Positions 1-9,826 of a DNA stretch of 64,000 nucleotides are shown piece after piece. The DNA is from Candidatus Parcubacteria bacterium (GTDB lineage: Bacteria; Patescibacteriota; Minisyncoccia; Phycocordibacterales; UBA12088). A program made the translations under genes and the position numbers. Under the pieces are notes generated by a model. That model was not told where the DNA came from, did no database searches, and was given only the letters and a program-made list of their open reading frames with translations. The stretch is taken from assembly GCA_003694545.1 (NCBI GenBank), contig RFKD01000051.1, positions 4,505 to 68,504 on the forward strand, read 5' to 3'. The number at the start of each line of letters is the position of its first letter. The first letter of the stretch is position 1.

Positions 1-1
1 T

Positions 2-916
2 GGAGATGCGGCAACCACCGCGTTCGAATTGGCGCATGAAGGCGATAAGATGGGAGATGTCTTATCGGCGGCTTTGTTGGCGCCGCCTTCCTCTGGCGGA
101 GTGCTTGGAGGCCCCGCTGTCCCTGTTGTTGATGGGGTGGCGCTTGCCGCTGAGGGGTCAACAGGGAATGATGTTTTGGCATCAGACATCCCCGCTTCGG
201 ACCGCATCGCGTCGTATATCGTGCGCGAAGGTGATACCCTTTCGCAAATCGCGGAAATGTTCGGAGTGACTGTCAACACGATCCGTTGGGCAAACAACCT
301 CACTTCGGCCGACCTCATCACTCCGGGCCAAGAACTTCTCATTTTGCCGGTGAGCGGGGTGCGCTACACCGTTAAAAAAGGAGACACGCTTGAGAGTGTC
401 GCCAAGGAACTGCATGGCAATGTGCGCGAAATTATCACATACAATGGGCTCAAAGAAGGAGAGCCTTTGCGGCCGGGGACCACGATTGTCGTCCCGGGTG
501 GGGAATTGCCTGAAGTACACCACCGCACGCCCCACAAGGCTTCCACGCCGGTACGCAATGTTGCAGGCAATTACTTTATTCACCCCGTGCCGGGCGCGGT
601 GCGCAGTCAGGGCTTGCACGGATGGAACGCTGTTGATTTAGCGGCGCCAATCGGTACCCCCATTCTCGCCTCCGCGTCAGGCAAGGTTATTGTCGCCCGT
701 CCTTCAGGTTGGAACGGGGGCTATGGAGCGTATATTGTGATTGAGCACGACAACGGCACACAAACCTTATATTCGCACCTTTCCAAGGTGGCCGTGTATG
801 TCGGGCAAAGCGTCGTGCAGGGGCAAGTCATTGGGTATGTAGGCTCCACAGGTCGCTCGACGGGCCCCCACCTTCACTTTGAAGTGCGCGGAGCCCCAAA
901 CCCGTTTGCGTACTAA
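2..916 (+). CDS. LysM-repeat M23 family peptidoglycan endopeptidase (5' end probably outside window)
   Basis: Two LysM repeats (YIVREGDTLSQIA, YTVKKGDTLESVA) and M23 motifs (HGWNAVD, YSHL, STGPHLHFEV); frame is open to the window edge. Confidence 0.9.
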   Translation, partial: GDAATTAFELAHEGDKMGDVLSAALLAPPSSGGVLGGPAVPVVDGVALAAEGSTGNDVLASDIPASDRIASYIVREGDTLSQIAEMFGVTVNTIRWANNLTSADLITPGQELLILPVSGVRYTVKKGDTLESVAKELHGNVREIITYNGLKEGEPLRPGTTIVVPGGELPEVHHRTPHKASTPVRNVAGNYFIHPVPGAVRSQGLHGWNAVDLAAPIGTPILASASGKVIVARPSGWNGGYGAYIVIEHDNGTQTLYSHLSKVAVYVGQSVVQGQVIGYVGSTGRSTGPHLHFEVRGAPNPFAY

Positions 917-962
917 ATAAACCAAAAACATCTCGCTTGCTTGCAAAGAGGCAGAAGGAGGG

Positions 963-1292
963 TTACCTCTCCTCCGGGGCGGAGAGATCGAGCCAGAGAT
1001 CTGATCCTTTTTCGGCAAAACAGAGCGCAAAGTTATACCACACTTTCAAATGAGAGCGCTGGTGGCTAACGGTCGCGAGAATGGTGTAACACCCGAGTTC
1101 TCGCGCTTTTTCTACAGCGGCACGCATGAGCTGCGTGCCCACCCCTCTTGCGGTGCGGAGGGTGCACGAACACTTCCTCCAAAAGGGTGTATCACCCTTT
1201 TGAGTTATGGACCAGAAAAAGAAAACAAAACCTAACTCCTCTTTGTATTCCTTTAAGAAAATACGAAGGGCGGTGGCGACAAGGGGGAACAT
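963..1292 (-). pseudogene. Degenerate GNAT acetyltransferase fragment
   Basis: Motif A-like RGVGTQLMRAAVEKARELGC, but the ORF is short and eroded at both ends. Confidence 0.45.
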
Positions 1293-1347
1293 TCAACCTG
1301 CACGGCAAGACCTCCTTACCGCGGCATCCATTTATCCTATCCAACAT

Positions 1348-2145
1348 TCACTCCGCTTCCCTAGTTACCCACCCTTCTTGCGCTGCAAGGTGGTGGCACG
1401 CCACCGCGGCGGCTGCGGCAACATTAATGCTGGACACTCCCTTGCGCATTGGAATGCGAAGCCCCTGGGTGGCGAGCTTCGCCAGCTTGGGTGGCGCGCC
1501 GCGCCGTTCGCCGCCAAGGATGAACCACCCGCGCTGGGGAAGCGGTGTGGTGGGGGAAAGCGGCGTTGTTTGTTCCCCACACGCGAGCACAACGCGCGGT
1601 TCCGGGCGTCCTGACAAGAACTTTGCGGCTTCGGATTGAGAGAGGGTGACAACCGGCAGCGCCCACTGCAGCCCCGCCGCCGCCCGCACGACGAGCGGGT
1701 GCCAGAAAGAAGGCGTATCTACACCCACGATCCCGCCCCAGCCAAACGCCGCGGCTATGCGCACGCAAGCGCCAACATTGCCGGGATGCGTCAGGTTCGC
1801 GAGAACCAATTTTGCCCGCTCAGAGCTCTCCATTTCCTCAAAGCTCCACGCACGTTTGCGCGCAAGTGCAATAACCGGTGACGGAATCTCTCTACCTAAA
1901 GTGGCGCGCGCAAATGCATCAGGAGAAACAGGCTGAAGGAGCGCCCCAAGGCGCTCGGCAATATCAGGGGCGAGCGTCGAGGCAAGCCTATGCACCTTTT
2001 TCGGCTCTGGTGAAAACACACCAAACACTTCAGCCCCAAATCGCAAGGCGTGCTTCAGGGGCTGTATGCCTTCAATAAGCGCCACATCGCCCCTGCCGTG
2101 GCGCGCGTCATCGCACTGTTGTATCCATAACGGGGGCGCGCTCAT
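1348..2145 (-). CDS. TrmH/SpoU family RNA methyltransferase
   Basis: SPOUT motifs PGNVGACVR, ILGGERRG, IPM...SSINVAAAAAV. Confidence 0.9.
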   Translation of the reverse strand: MSAPPLWIQQCDDARHGRGDVALIEGIQPLKHALRFGAEVFGVFSPEPKKVHRLASTLAPDIAERLGALLQPVSPDAFARATLGREIPSPVIALARKRAWSFEEMESSERAKLVLANLTHPGNVGACVRIAAAFGWGGIVGVDTPSFWHPLVVRAAAGLQWALPVVTLSQSEAAKFLSGRPEPRVVLACGEQTTPLSPTTPLPQRGWFILGGERRGAPPKLAKLATQGLRIPMRKGVSSINVAAAAAVACHHLAAQEGWVTREAE

Positions 2146-3638
2146 ACGGGAAAAAGCCCGCGCGGGCGGTACGCGATTGCTTCTTCAATATGCTCCCGCC
2201 GAATGATATCGCTTTCTTCCAAATCTGCGATGGTGCGCCCCACGCGTAGGACCTTATGATAGGTGCGCGCCGAAAAACGCAAACGCTGAGCCGCGGCGCG
2301 CAACAGAGAAAGAGCGGTATGTTCCGGTGCGAACAGCGACACATCGCGCGTCGGAAGGCGGCTATTGAGGCAGCCGCGTTGTTTCTGCCGGGCGCGGGCG
2401 CGCATCACCCGTTCGCGCACGGCGGCAGACGGCTCCCCTTGCGAGGCACCTTCGAGAGTTTCGGGGGGCACCTCTCCAACCTCCACCCACACATCAATAC
2501 GGTCGGTAATGGGGCCAGAAATGCGTTTTGCCACACGGGCCCGTTCGCGCGGATCAATAAGCTCTGTGTCGCGTTCGTGTCCGCGCGTGGGGTTAAAGGC
2601 CACAACCACCAAGGCTTGAGCGGGATACACCACACTGCCCCGGGCGCGCGCGACGGTGATGTGCCCGGATTCCAACGGCTCGCGCAAGGCGTCAATGGCG
2701 CGGCGATCAAACTCACTTAATTCGTCCAAAAATAAGACGCCACGGTGCGCCAGCGTTATTTCACCAGGGCGCAGGGCGCTCCCGCCGCCAACCAATGCCG
2801 CCACCGAAGCCGTGTGGTGGGGGGATCGAAAGGGTGGTGTGTCGCAGAGCGCGCCGTCGGGGAGATTCCCTGCAAGGGAATGGATAGCGGAAACCTCTAG
2901 CGCCTCATCGCGCGACAGCGGGGGGAGAATACCCGCAAGGGCTCGAGCGAGCATTGTTTTCCCTGTTCCCGGCGGCCCCCATAAGGCAATGTGGTGGTTT
3001 CCCGCTGCGGCAATTTCAAGGGCGCGTTTTGCGTGGGGGTTGCCGCGAATGTCGAGCATATCAACTTCTGGCGCACTGGCCGGCGTTGCAGGGCACGGCG
3101 CGGCCGGAGGAAGCAGCTGTTCCTGAGAAAGATGACGCAGAACATCTTGCAGTGAGGAAGCGCCGTACACTGTAAGCTGATCGACCAAGGCGGCCTCCGG
3201 AGCATTCTGGGCTGGGACGACAAGTTCTCGTATGCCCCGGCGTGCGAGCGTGCGCGCGGCCGCTAACACTCCCCGAATGGGGCGCAACGAGCCGTCAAGC
3301 GCCAATTCTCCCAAAAAGGCCATCTCCAAGGGAGGCGAAGTGATGCAGTTGTGCGTCGCCAAATACGCAAGCGCCAAGGGCACATCAAACACCGCCCCTT
3401 CTTTGCGCACATCCGCGGGGGCAAGGGCGAGCGTTGTGCGCTTGGGGCGCGTTGCCGGGGTAAAGCCGCATGAGCGAACTGCCGCGCTAATGCGGTCGCG
3501 CGCTTCGGCGACCGCCTTATCAGGAAGTCCGATGATGGAAAGCGAAGCGGGGATAGCGTCTGTTGTCTCCCCTTCAATGGTGATGACAACGCTTTCAGGG
3601 TAGGCGGGTTGGGCGCTCATGACGCGCGCAATGCCCAT
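2142..3638 (-). CDS. comM: YifB/ComM Mg-chelatase-like AAA+ ATPase
   Basis: IIGLPDKAVAEARDR, GPPGTGKTMLA, PFRSPHHTAS, GEITLAHRGVLFLDE, SARTYHKVLRVGRTIADL. Confidence 0.92.
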   Translation of the reverse strand: MGIARVMSAQPAYPESVVITIEGETTDAIPASLSIIGLPDKAVAEARDRISAAVRSCGFTPATRPKRTTLALAPADVRKEGAVFDVPLALAYLATHNCITSPPLEMAFLGELALDGSLRPIRGVLAAARTLARRGIRELVVPAQNAPEAALVDQLTVYGASSLQDVLRHLSQEQLLPPAAPCPATPASAPEVDMLDIRGNPHAKRALEIAAAGNHHIALWGPPGTGKTMLARALAGILPPLSRDEALEVSAIHSLAGNLPDGALCDTPPFRSPHHTASVAALVGGGSALRPGEITLAHRGVLFLDELSEFDRRAIDALREPLESGHITVARARGSVVYPAQALVVVAFNPTRGHERDTELIDPRERARVAKRISGPITDRIDVWVEVGEVPPETLEGASQGEPSAAVRERVMRARARQKQRGCLNSRLPTRDVSLFAPEHTALSLLRAAAQRLRFSARTYHKVLRVGRTIADLEESDIIRREHIEEAIAYRPRGLFPV

Positions 3639-3658
3639 ACGCACTGCGTCTCTCCAAC

Positions 3659-4060
3659 CTACAAGGGGAGCACCTCTTCTTCCTCACGCTCGGCAATAGT
3701 TGTTCGCGCGGCTGGGTCTGCGAACAAGCGCTCCCGCTCAATTGGTTTGCCGGAGATTTCTGAAAAACCGTAAGAACTCTCTTCCATCTTACGCAAGGCG
3801 CGTTCTATTTTCGCGCGGCGCACTTCCAGCTCGCTCAAAATGGCATTGTTGTCGATAAGTTCCTCAAACTTATCCGCAACCTCACTCTTATCGGAAGCGT
3901 CTATTTCTATATCTCCCACGGAAGGCTCCCAATCTGCTTTATTGGTAGGATCTCGCGCTCCGAATTGGGCAAGCTGCTTTTCCACCTCGGCAAGCTCGGC
4001 TTCCAGCATGGCGCGCAGTTCGCGTAAATCTTCGGGGCTGAGATTTGGATGTTGTTGCAT
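3659..4060 (-). CDS. TraR/DksA family transcription factor, cysteine-free
   Basis: Coiled coil with DKSEVA tip and C-terminal IERAL..YGFSEISGKPIERERLFADPAART; ATG at 4060 chosen from an upstream TACTAT -10 box. Confidence 0.8.
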   Translation of the reverse strand: MQQHPNLSPEDLRELRAMLEAELAEVEKQLAQFGARDPTNKADWEPSVGDIEIDASDKSEVADKFEELIDNNAILSELEVRRAKIERALRKMEESSYGFSEISGKPIERERLFADPAARTTIAEREEEEVLPL

Positions 4061-4084
4061 AAGCGTATAGTAGCGCAAGAATCG

Positions 4085-5422
4085 CTAGGGCGCAATTTGC
4101 TGGGAGCGCCGCAAACGGGAGAGAATTTCGTAGTAGGTGGTGCTGTTGGTAGTGATGATAAGGTGTCTGCGGTCGGCAAAACCGTATACCACGCGCTCTT
4201 GCTCTTGCGCGTCGCGCAAAATGCGCACATCGTTGTTGCGTACCAGCGAGTCTTTAAACTGAGCATTTTCGCGCTCCTGCGCAAGTGGCGCGCCGAAAAG
4301 CGGGGAGAAATCCGCAAGGAGGTATGGTTCCCACGAGAGCATACCACGAACGCCTTCTTCAAATGAGCGAACGCGCAGAATTACGTACGAAGGCTTGTTG
4401 CGGTAGCCGTGGAAGCCGAACATAAACGGTTGCTCAAGAACAAGCTGGAGCGACTCAGGAATATGTGCCCTCAACAAAGAAAGGAACTCGGCGGCGCTTA
4501 TGGGCCGTTGCGACTGCCGTTCTGGTTTTACCGGATATACCGCTGCCACGCTGCCGAGCGCGAGTTCTGATGCTTGGCGGGTTTTTTCCAAATCCTGCAA
4601 GATGATTGTTCGATTTACTTGTGGCGAAAGTTGGTAGGTGAGAATAATGTCCGGTTTAAAAAATTGTGGCAGGGCGCGGTCAGGTCCTTCGGTTATGAGA
4701 ACTGGGGCTGAACGAAACAGGAATGCCCAACCTAACAATCCCGAGCCTCCCAAAACAAAAAGGGCCGAGAGCGCGGCAAGCGCTATGTCGCGCGGCCTCC
4801 AATGTTTTTTCCTCGGCGACGCGGATGTGTCAGCGCTCTTTTCACGCGCTTGACGCTCGGCTTCCAAGGCTGCGACGGTTGTCATGCGCAATTTGCCTGT
4901 GCGGACGACTCGGTCTATGTCTTGCTGGAAGGTGTGTATCGGGCTCACGCCTGCACGAATGGTTTTGCGAATTTCGTGGCCTGGTGGCTCTTGGGCCTCT
5001 TCTCGAGGTTGGGTGCTTTCTGTGGAGGAGGGCGCCACCTTGTTGCCGGGAGGTGGCGCTGGAGGGAGGTGACGTGCAGGGCGCTGAGAAGGAGGGGGTG
5101 GCGCGGGAGGCAAGTGGCGGGTGTTGGGGGCGCCGAACCGTGTCCCGCTGAGGAGCGTGTGTTTGATTGTGCTCCAGCGGGAAGAAGAGTCCGGACGCTG
5201 CTTTGAGGATCGCGGCCGACGGTGCGGAGGGTCAACAAACACACGCGCCGTTCTCTCGTCCAACCCCTCTACGGCGTCATCTTGCAGGGTAGTTTTGAGT
5301 TCTCTTTCGCTCCTTGCAAGGAGAGAATGAAGCGCCGCTGTTTCATCAACGCCTTGAGCGTCCTGCTGGCTCGGTGGCTCTGTTGAACTGTGTCGGCCGG
5401 GCGTGTTGGGGACATCGGCCAT
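4085..5422 (-). CDS. Hypothetical single-pass membrane protein with Pro-rich N-terminal region
   Basis: ATG at 5422 just after the pnp stop; one hydrophobic helix (IALAALSALFVLGGSGLLGWAFLF); duplicated RHLPPAPPP. Confidence 0.75.
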   Translation of the reverse strand: MADVPNTPGRHSSTEPPSQQDAQGVDETAALHSLLARSERELKTTLQDDAVEGLDERTARVFVDPPHRRPRSSKQRPDSSSRWSTIKHTLLSGTRFGAPNTRHLPPAPPPPSQRPARHLPPAPPPGNKVAPSSTESTQPREEAQEPPGHEIRKTIRAGVSPIHTFQQDIDRVVRTGKLRMTTVAALEAERQAREKSADTSASPRKKHWRPRDIALAALSALFVLGGSGLLGWAFLFRSAPVLITEGPDRALPQFFKPDIILTYQLSPQVNRTIILQDLEKTRQASELALGSVAAVYPVKPERQSQRPISAAEFLSLLRAHIPESLQLVLEQPFMFGFHGYRNKPSYVILRVRSFEEGVRGMLSWEPYLLADFSPLFGAPLAQERENAQFKDSLVRNNDVRILRDAQEQERVVYGFADRRHLIITTNSTTYYEILSRLRRSQQIAP

Positions 5423-5429
5423 ACGACGG

Positions 5430-7637
5430 TTACGCGTGACGGCTCCGCGGTTGGTTATAGCGGTCGCGGTCGTGACGGGATTGGTCGCGATTGGGTTGAT
5501 GGGTGTGGTTGTGGTAAGGGGTGATGCCCTTGCGGCTTGCGAACTCAGGATCAGCCATTTTAATTGAGAGACTAATGCGGTCTTTTTCGTCAATTCCTTT
5601 AACTACCACCGGCACGCGTTCTCCAACCGCAAGCACATCCTCCACCTTTTCTATGCGAAACGGCGCGATTTCTGAAATATGCACCAACCCTTCAGCGTTG
5701 GGTCCGATTTTTACGAACGCGCCGAAATCAGTAAGGCGCACCACTTCTCCTTCCAAACGATCTCCAACTGCGAAAACACGCGTCAGTTCTTCTATTTCTG
5801 TTTTTGCCTTCTCCGCCGCTTCCGCTTTGCCAGCGATATATACCACGCCATCATCTTCAATGGTGATGTCGTCAACTCCCGTGCGATCTTTAATGCCGTT
5901 GATAGTTTTTCCGCCGGGGCCAATCACGAGGCCGATCATATCTTTCGGAATGGTGATAGTGATGAGGCGCGGCGCTAAGGGGGAGAGTTCTGGCCGGGGG
6001 GCGCTGATTGCCGCTTCCATAACATCCAAAATATGCGCCCGCGCTTCTTTGGCTTGCGCAAACGCTTCCGCGAGGATGGGGAGCGGGACCCCCGCTATTT
6101 TAACATCCATCTGGACGGCGGTAACGCCGTTGCGCGTTCCGGCGACCTTAAAATCCATGTCTCCATGATGGTCTTCCGGGCCTTGAATATCTGTCAGCAC
6201 AGTGTGCTTTCCTTCCCACAACATCAATCCCATCGCAATCCCCGCAACGTGGCGCGCGACAGGAACGCCGCCATCCATCAAGGCGAGCGATGAAGCGCAC
6301 ACGCTCGCCATTGAACTGGAGCCGTTGGAAGTCATCACTTCAGACACGAGACGAATAGTGTATGGGAACACCTCTTTTGGCGGGATGACGGGGAGCAGTG
6401 CCCGCTCCGCAAGAGCTCCGTGACCCACAGCGCGTCGGTTAATCCCGCCAAGACGCCCCGTTTCCCCCGTGCTATACGGGGGGAAGTTGTAGTGGTGTAT
6501 AAACCGTTTCGGGGTGCTGTGGTGCTCGATAGTGTCTAAGATTTGCGCGTCGCCGGGTCCGCCGAGAGTGAGCGCGCTAAACACATGGGTGTCGCCGCGG
6601 TAAAAAATGCCAGCCCCGTGCGTCATTGGCGCGATGAGGTTAGTGTAGGCTTTGATAGGGCGCAGTTCGTTGTGTTTTCGGCCGTCGGGACGTTTCCCCT
6701 CCTCCACCACGAGCCGGTGCAACGTTTTGTCGGCTTCTTCTTCAAACAACGCTCCCGCACAGCGCGCTTCCTCAGGAGGAAGCGCGCTGTGCGCTTCTTT
6801 GACCCATTCCTCCTTACACGCGTTGAGCGCGTGGGACCCAGGAGTGTTTGTCATCAGCGCTGCCTCCAATTTTCCTGGAGCAAGGATGCTTTGCGTGAAG
6901 AGCCGTCGCAGCGCGTCGGGGTAATCGGCGAAGCTCAAGGCGCGCTTTTGCTTGCCGATGCGCTCGATGATGTCGTGTTGCCAAGCTTGGAGCCGCCGGT
7001 GGATCTCTTGGGCGGCCTTCATTGCTTCCAAAATTTCTTCCTCGGAAACCTCTTTTGCGCCAATCTCAATCATATTGATAACTGCGCCGTCGCCACACGC
7101 CAGCAGTTCGTAGCGGTAGTCGGCATGTTCACGCTCAGTATAAGTTGGATTCACGATGCCCGCGCCGTTGTTGGAGCCAATGCGCACCGCGCTTATTGGC
7201 CCGTTCCAAGGAATGTCGGAGGTCGCCAAAGCAAGCGAAGTGCCAATGATTCCCAACACATCAGGGTCGTCCTCATCTATGGAGAGTATGGTCACCACCA
7301 CTTGCACCTCGTTGCGCAGGCGGTGGTCAAACAGGGGGCGAATAGCTCGGTCGACCACTCGGGCGGACAGAATAGCTTCTTCCGATGGGCGTCCTTCTCG
7401 GCGCATAAAGCGCGAGCCAAGGATTTGCCCGGCCGCGTAGTATTTTTCTTCGTATTCAACTGTGAGAGGGAAAAAGTCAATTCCCTCCCGCTCTGGCCCC
7501 ATAACGGCGGTAACCAACACAACGCTGTTGCCGTAGCGCAACACCACCGATCCGTTCGCCTTTGCGGCAAGGTCGGGGAACGAGGCGGTGAGCGTTTTTC
7601 CGCCGATATCAATGGTAAAAGTAGGGGCGTTTTCCAT
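5430..7637 (-). CDS. pnp: Polyribonucleotide nucleotidyltransferase (PNPase)
   Basis: DFFPLTVEYEE, HHYNFPPYSTGE, SNGSSSMASVC, GDMDFKVAGT, then KH and S1 domains. Confidence 0.98.
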   Translation of the reverse strand: MENAPTFTIDIGGKTLTASFPDLAAKANGSVVLRYGNSVVLVTAVMGPEREGIDFFPLTVEYEEKYYAAGQILGSRFMRREGRPSEEAILSARVVDRAIRPLFDHRLRNEVQVVVTILSIDEDDPDVLGIIGTSLALATSDIPWNGPISAVRIGSNNGAGIVNPTYTEREHADYRYELLACGDGAVINMIEIGAKEVSEEEILEAMKAAQEIHRRLQAWQHDIIERIGKQKRALSFADYPDALRRLFTQSILAPGKLEAALMTNTPGSHALNACKEEWVKEAHSALPPEEARCAGALFEEEADKTLHRLVVEEGKRPDGRKHNELRPIKAYTNLIAPMTHGAGIFYRGDTHVFSALTLGGPGDAQILDTIEHHSTPKRFIHHYNFPPYSTGETGRLGGINRRAVGHGALAERALLPVIPPKEVFPYTIRLVSEVMTSNGSSSMASVCASSLALMDGGVPVARHVAGIAMGLMLWEGKHTVLTDIQGPEDHHGDMDFKVAGTRNGVTAVQMDVKIAGVPLPILAEAFAQAKEARAHILDVMEAAISAPRPELSPLAPRLITITIPKDMIGLVIGPGGKTINGIKDRTGVDDITIEDDGVVYIAGKAEAAEKAKTEIEELTRVFAVGDRLEGEVVRLTDFGAFVKIGPNAEGLVHISEIAPFRIEKVEDVLAVGERVPVVVKGIDEKDRISLSIKMADPEFASRKGITPYHNHTHQPNRDQSRHDRDRYNQPRSRHA

Positions 7638-7791
7638 AGGGTTGTCATTACGCGTCAAAAGGGTAAACTCCAAAAACACCGCACAAGCCGATCGCGGCGT
7701 CTTACTGACTTAGGGTAGCAAATTACGCGCGAATCGGCTACTCGCACAACAGCAAGGCGCTGTTGCTTGCACGCATGAGGAAGAAGGTTGT

Positions 7792-8334
7792 TTATAGCCC
7801 GGAGCGGCGAGGTCTTGAAGTGGTTTTAGGGCGCAGTGTGTAACGTCGAGGGTCGGCGTCCATGTCGGTAAAAATATCTGCTGCCTCCTTAAGCGCGAGG
7901 GCGGTGGATCTCCCAAACGATATGATTTCCACTTGGCACCCTTCGCGCATTTTGAGGTAATGAACTAAAGGAACAAAGTCGCCGTCGCCAGAGGCGATAA
8001 CCACAGCGTCAAGTTTGGGCGCGAGTTTAATGGCGTCCACCGCCAATCCCACATCCCAATCAGCCTTCTTCTGTCCCCCCACGAACACTTGAAGGTCTTT
8101 TTCTTTTGTTTCAATGCCTAGTTTGGAGAGGGCCTCAAAAAACGATCGTTCCTCCTCCCCTTCCGTCCGGATGACATACGCGACCGCCCGCACCAACTGT
8201 CGCTGGGTGATGGCTTCTTTGAGAAGTTCGGCAAAATTAACCCGCGTTTGATACAAATGCTTCGCGCTGTGGTAGAGATTTTGCGTGTCGATGAACACGC
8301 CAACACGTTGGGCGGGGTGCCGTGCGGCGGCCAT
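7792..8334 (-). CDS. NYN domain (LabA/DUF88, PIN-like) protein
   Basis: VFIDTQNLY, KKADWDVGLAVD, SGDGDFVPLV. Confidence 0.9.
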   Translation of the reverse strand: MAAARHPAQRVGVFIDTQNLYHSAKHLYQTRVNFAELLKEAITQRQLVRAVAYVIRTEGEEERSFFEALSKLGIETKEKDLQVFVGGQKKADWDVGLAVDAIKLAPKLDAVVIASGDGDFVPLVHYLKMREGCQVEIISFGRSTALALKEAADIFTDMDADPRRYTLRPKTTSRPRRSGL

Positions 8335-8338
8335 ACGG

Positions 8339-8605
8339 TTATTTACGCAGACCCAGCTTCTTCACGATCGTGTTATAGCGTCGGGCGCTTTCTCGCTTGA
8401 GATACTGTAAGTGGCGCCTGCGATCGGCGACCAACCCCAACAGGCCGCGGCGCGAATGGATGTCGCGGGGGTGCTTTTTCAAATGTTGCGAAAGCTCATT
8501 GATGCGCTCCGTCAGGATGGCAATTTGCACCTCGGGAGACCCTGTGTCCTGCTCGTGCGTCTGCGTTTGCGCGATAAGTTTCGCCTTCTTTTGTTTCGTG
8601 ATCAT
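8339..8605 (-). CDS. rpsO: 30S ribosomal protein S15
   Basis: [23 protein letters not shown]; upstream of pnp. Confidence 0.98.
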   Translation of the reverse strand: MITKQKKAKLIAQTQTHEQDTGSPEVQIAILTERINELSQHLKKHPRDIHSRRGLLGLVADRRRHLQYLKRESARRYNTIVKKLGLRK

Positions 8606-8876
8606 ATGCAAAACAAGGTAGCACAAGACGAGCCTCCGCGCAAGATGCCCTTACCTCAGTTGGGCGGCTCTTTGGCGGTGGCAGGTTTTTCATTGGCGAG
8701 CGGTGAGGAGATTAATGAGGGGGTTGTTATGTTGTGCGACATTGCCTGTGCTATTCTTAATAAGTGGCGGGGGTTATGCGTAAAGTATCGGCGCCACGTT
8801 TTGAGACCTGTTACGGCTCACCTTGCGTTCCCATAGCATCCTACTACCTGTCTTTTTCATCACATGTTTCCTCAAT

Positions 8877-9812
8877 ATGCCGCGCGAGGCGACGCAACTT
8901 GCCAAGCTCAAACAAGCCTTTCTTGAGCACTTAGAGCTCGAGCGCGGTCGAGCCGTGCCTACCATTGCGGCTTACGACCGCTACCTCTCACGTTTTTTTG
9001 CTTTTTCTGGCGCCCGCGCCCCCGCGGATATCACCGAGCAAGCTATCCGCGATTTCCGCTTTTGGCTCAACCGCCAGCCGGGGCGCGAGCGGGGCGCAAC
9101 GGTTAAGCGGCGGACGCAAAACTACTACCTTATTGCGCTTCGCGCCTTTTTGAAATTTTTGCGACGGCGCGGCATTTCCGCGCTTTCTCCAGAGCGCATT
9201 GATCTTGCGAAAGTTGGCGAGCGAGACATTGAAGTTTTGTCTGTCGCGGAGCTCGAGCGCTTATTGGCGGCTCCTGAGGGGAGCGACATCCGTTCGTTGC
9301 GCGATAAGGCGCTCCTTGAGCTTTTGTTTTCCACGGGATTGCGAGTGGGAGAGCTCACGCGCCTCAACCGCGACGACATTGATCTTTCACGCGACGAATT
9401 TTCCGTTCGCGGCAAGGGCGATAAGGTGCGCATTGTGTTCCTTACGCCTGCTGCCAAGGAAGCACTGCGGGCGTATCTAGACGCCCGCGGCGATGTAAGT
9501 GAGGCGTTATTTGTTCAGCATGGGCCGCGGGCGCGGGGCGGACGGGAAACCCGCCTTACTTCCCGCTCGGTGGAGCGCCTCATCAAACATTATGCCGCGA
9601 AAGCGGGCATTGTGCGGCGCGTAACCCCCCATATGATCCGCCACTCGTTCGCGACCGATCTACTGATGAACGGCGCCGATATTCGAGCGGTGCAGGCGCT
9701 TTTGGGCCACGCGCACCTCGTTACCACGCAAATCTACACCCATGTCACTGATCGGCATTTGCGCGAAGTGCACAAACAATTCCACTCGCGCAACCGCGCG
9801 CGCAAGATGTGA
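8877..9812 (+). CDS. XerC/XerD-family tyrosine recombinase
   Basis: STGLRVGEL, GKGDKVR, TPHMIRHSFAT, LLGHA..TTQIYTH (complete R-K-H-R-H-Y set); backbone-like composition. Confidence 0.93.
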   Translation: MPREATQLAKLKQAFLEHLELERGRAVPTIAAYDRYLSRFFAFSGARAPADITEQAIRDFRFWLNRQPGRERGATVKRRTQNYYLIALRAFLKFLRRRGISALSPERIDLAKVGERDIEVLSVAELERLLAAPEGSDIRSLRDKALLELLFSTGLRVGELTRLNRDDIDLSRDEFSVRGKGDKVRIVFLTPAAKEALRAYLDARGDVSEALFVQHGPRARGGRETRLTSRSVERLIKHYAAKAGIVRRVTPHMIRHSFATDLLMNGADIRAVQALLGHAHLVTTQIYTHVTDRHLREVHKQFHSRNRARKM

Positions 9813-9826
9813 TAGAGTACGCGTTA

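Noticed and set aside
8750-8800. Possible Xer binding site (TTATGCGTAAAGT) upstream of the recombinase
   Set aside because: Only a half-site; no matching inverted arm at 6-8 bp spacing.
8877-9812. Xer recombinase as the integrase of an island or of the tRNA-linked elements
   Set aside because: It looks like the housekeeping chromosome resolvase (backbone composition, operon with xth, no integron-integrase insertion); no sequence evidence links it to the elements.
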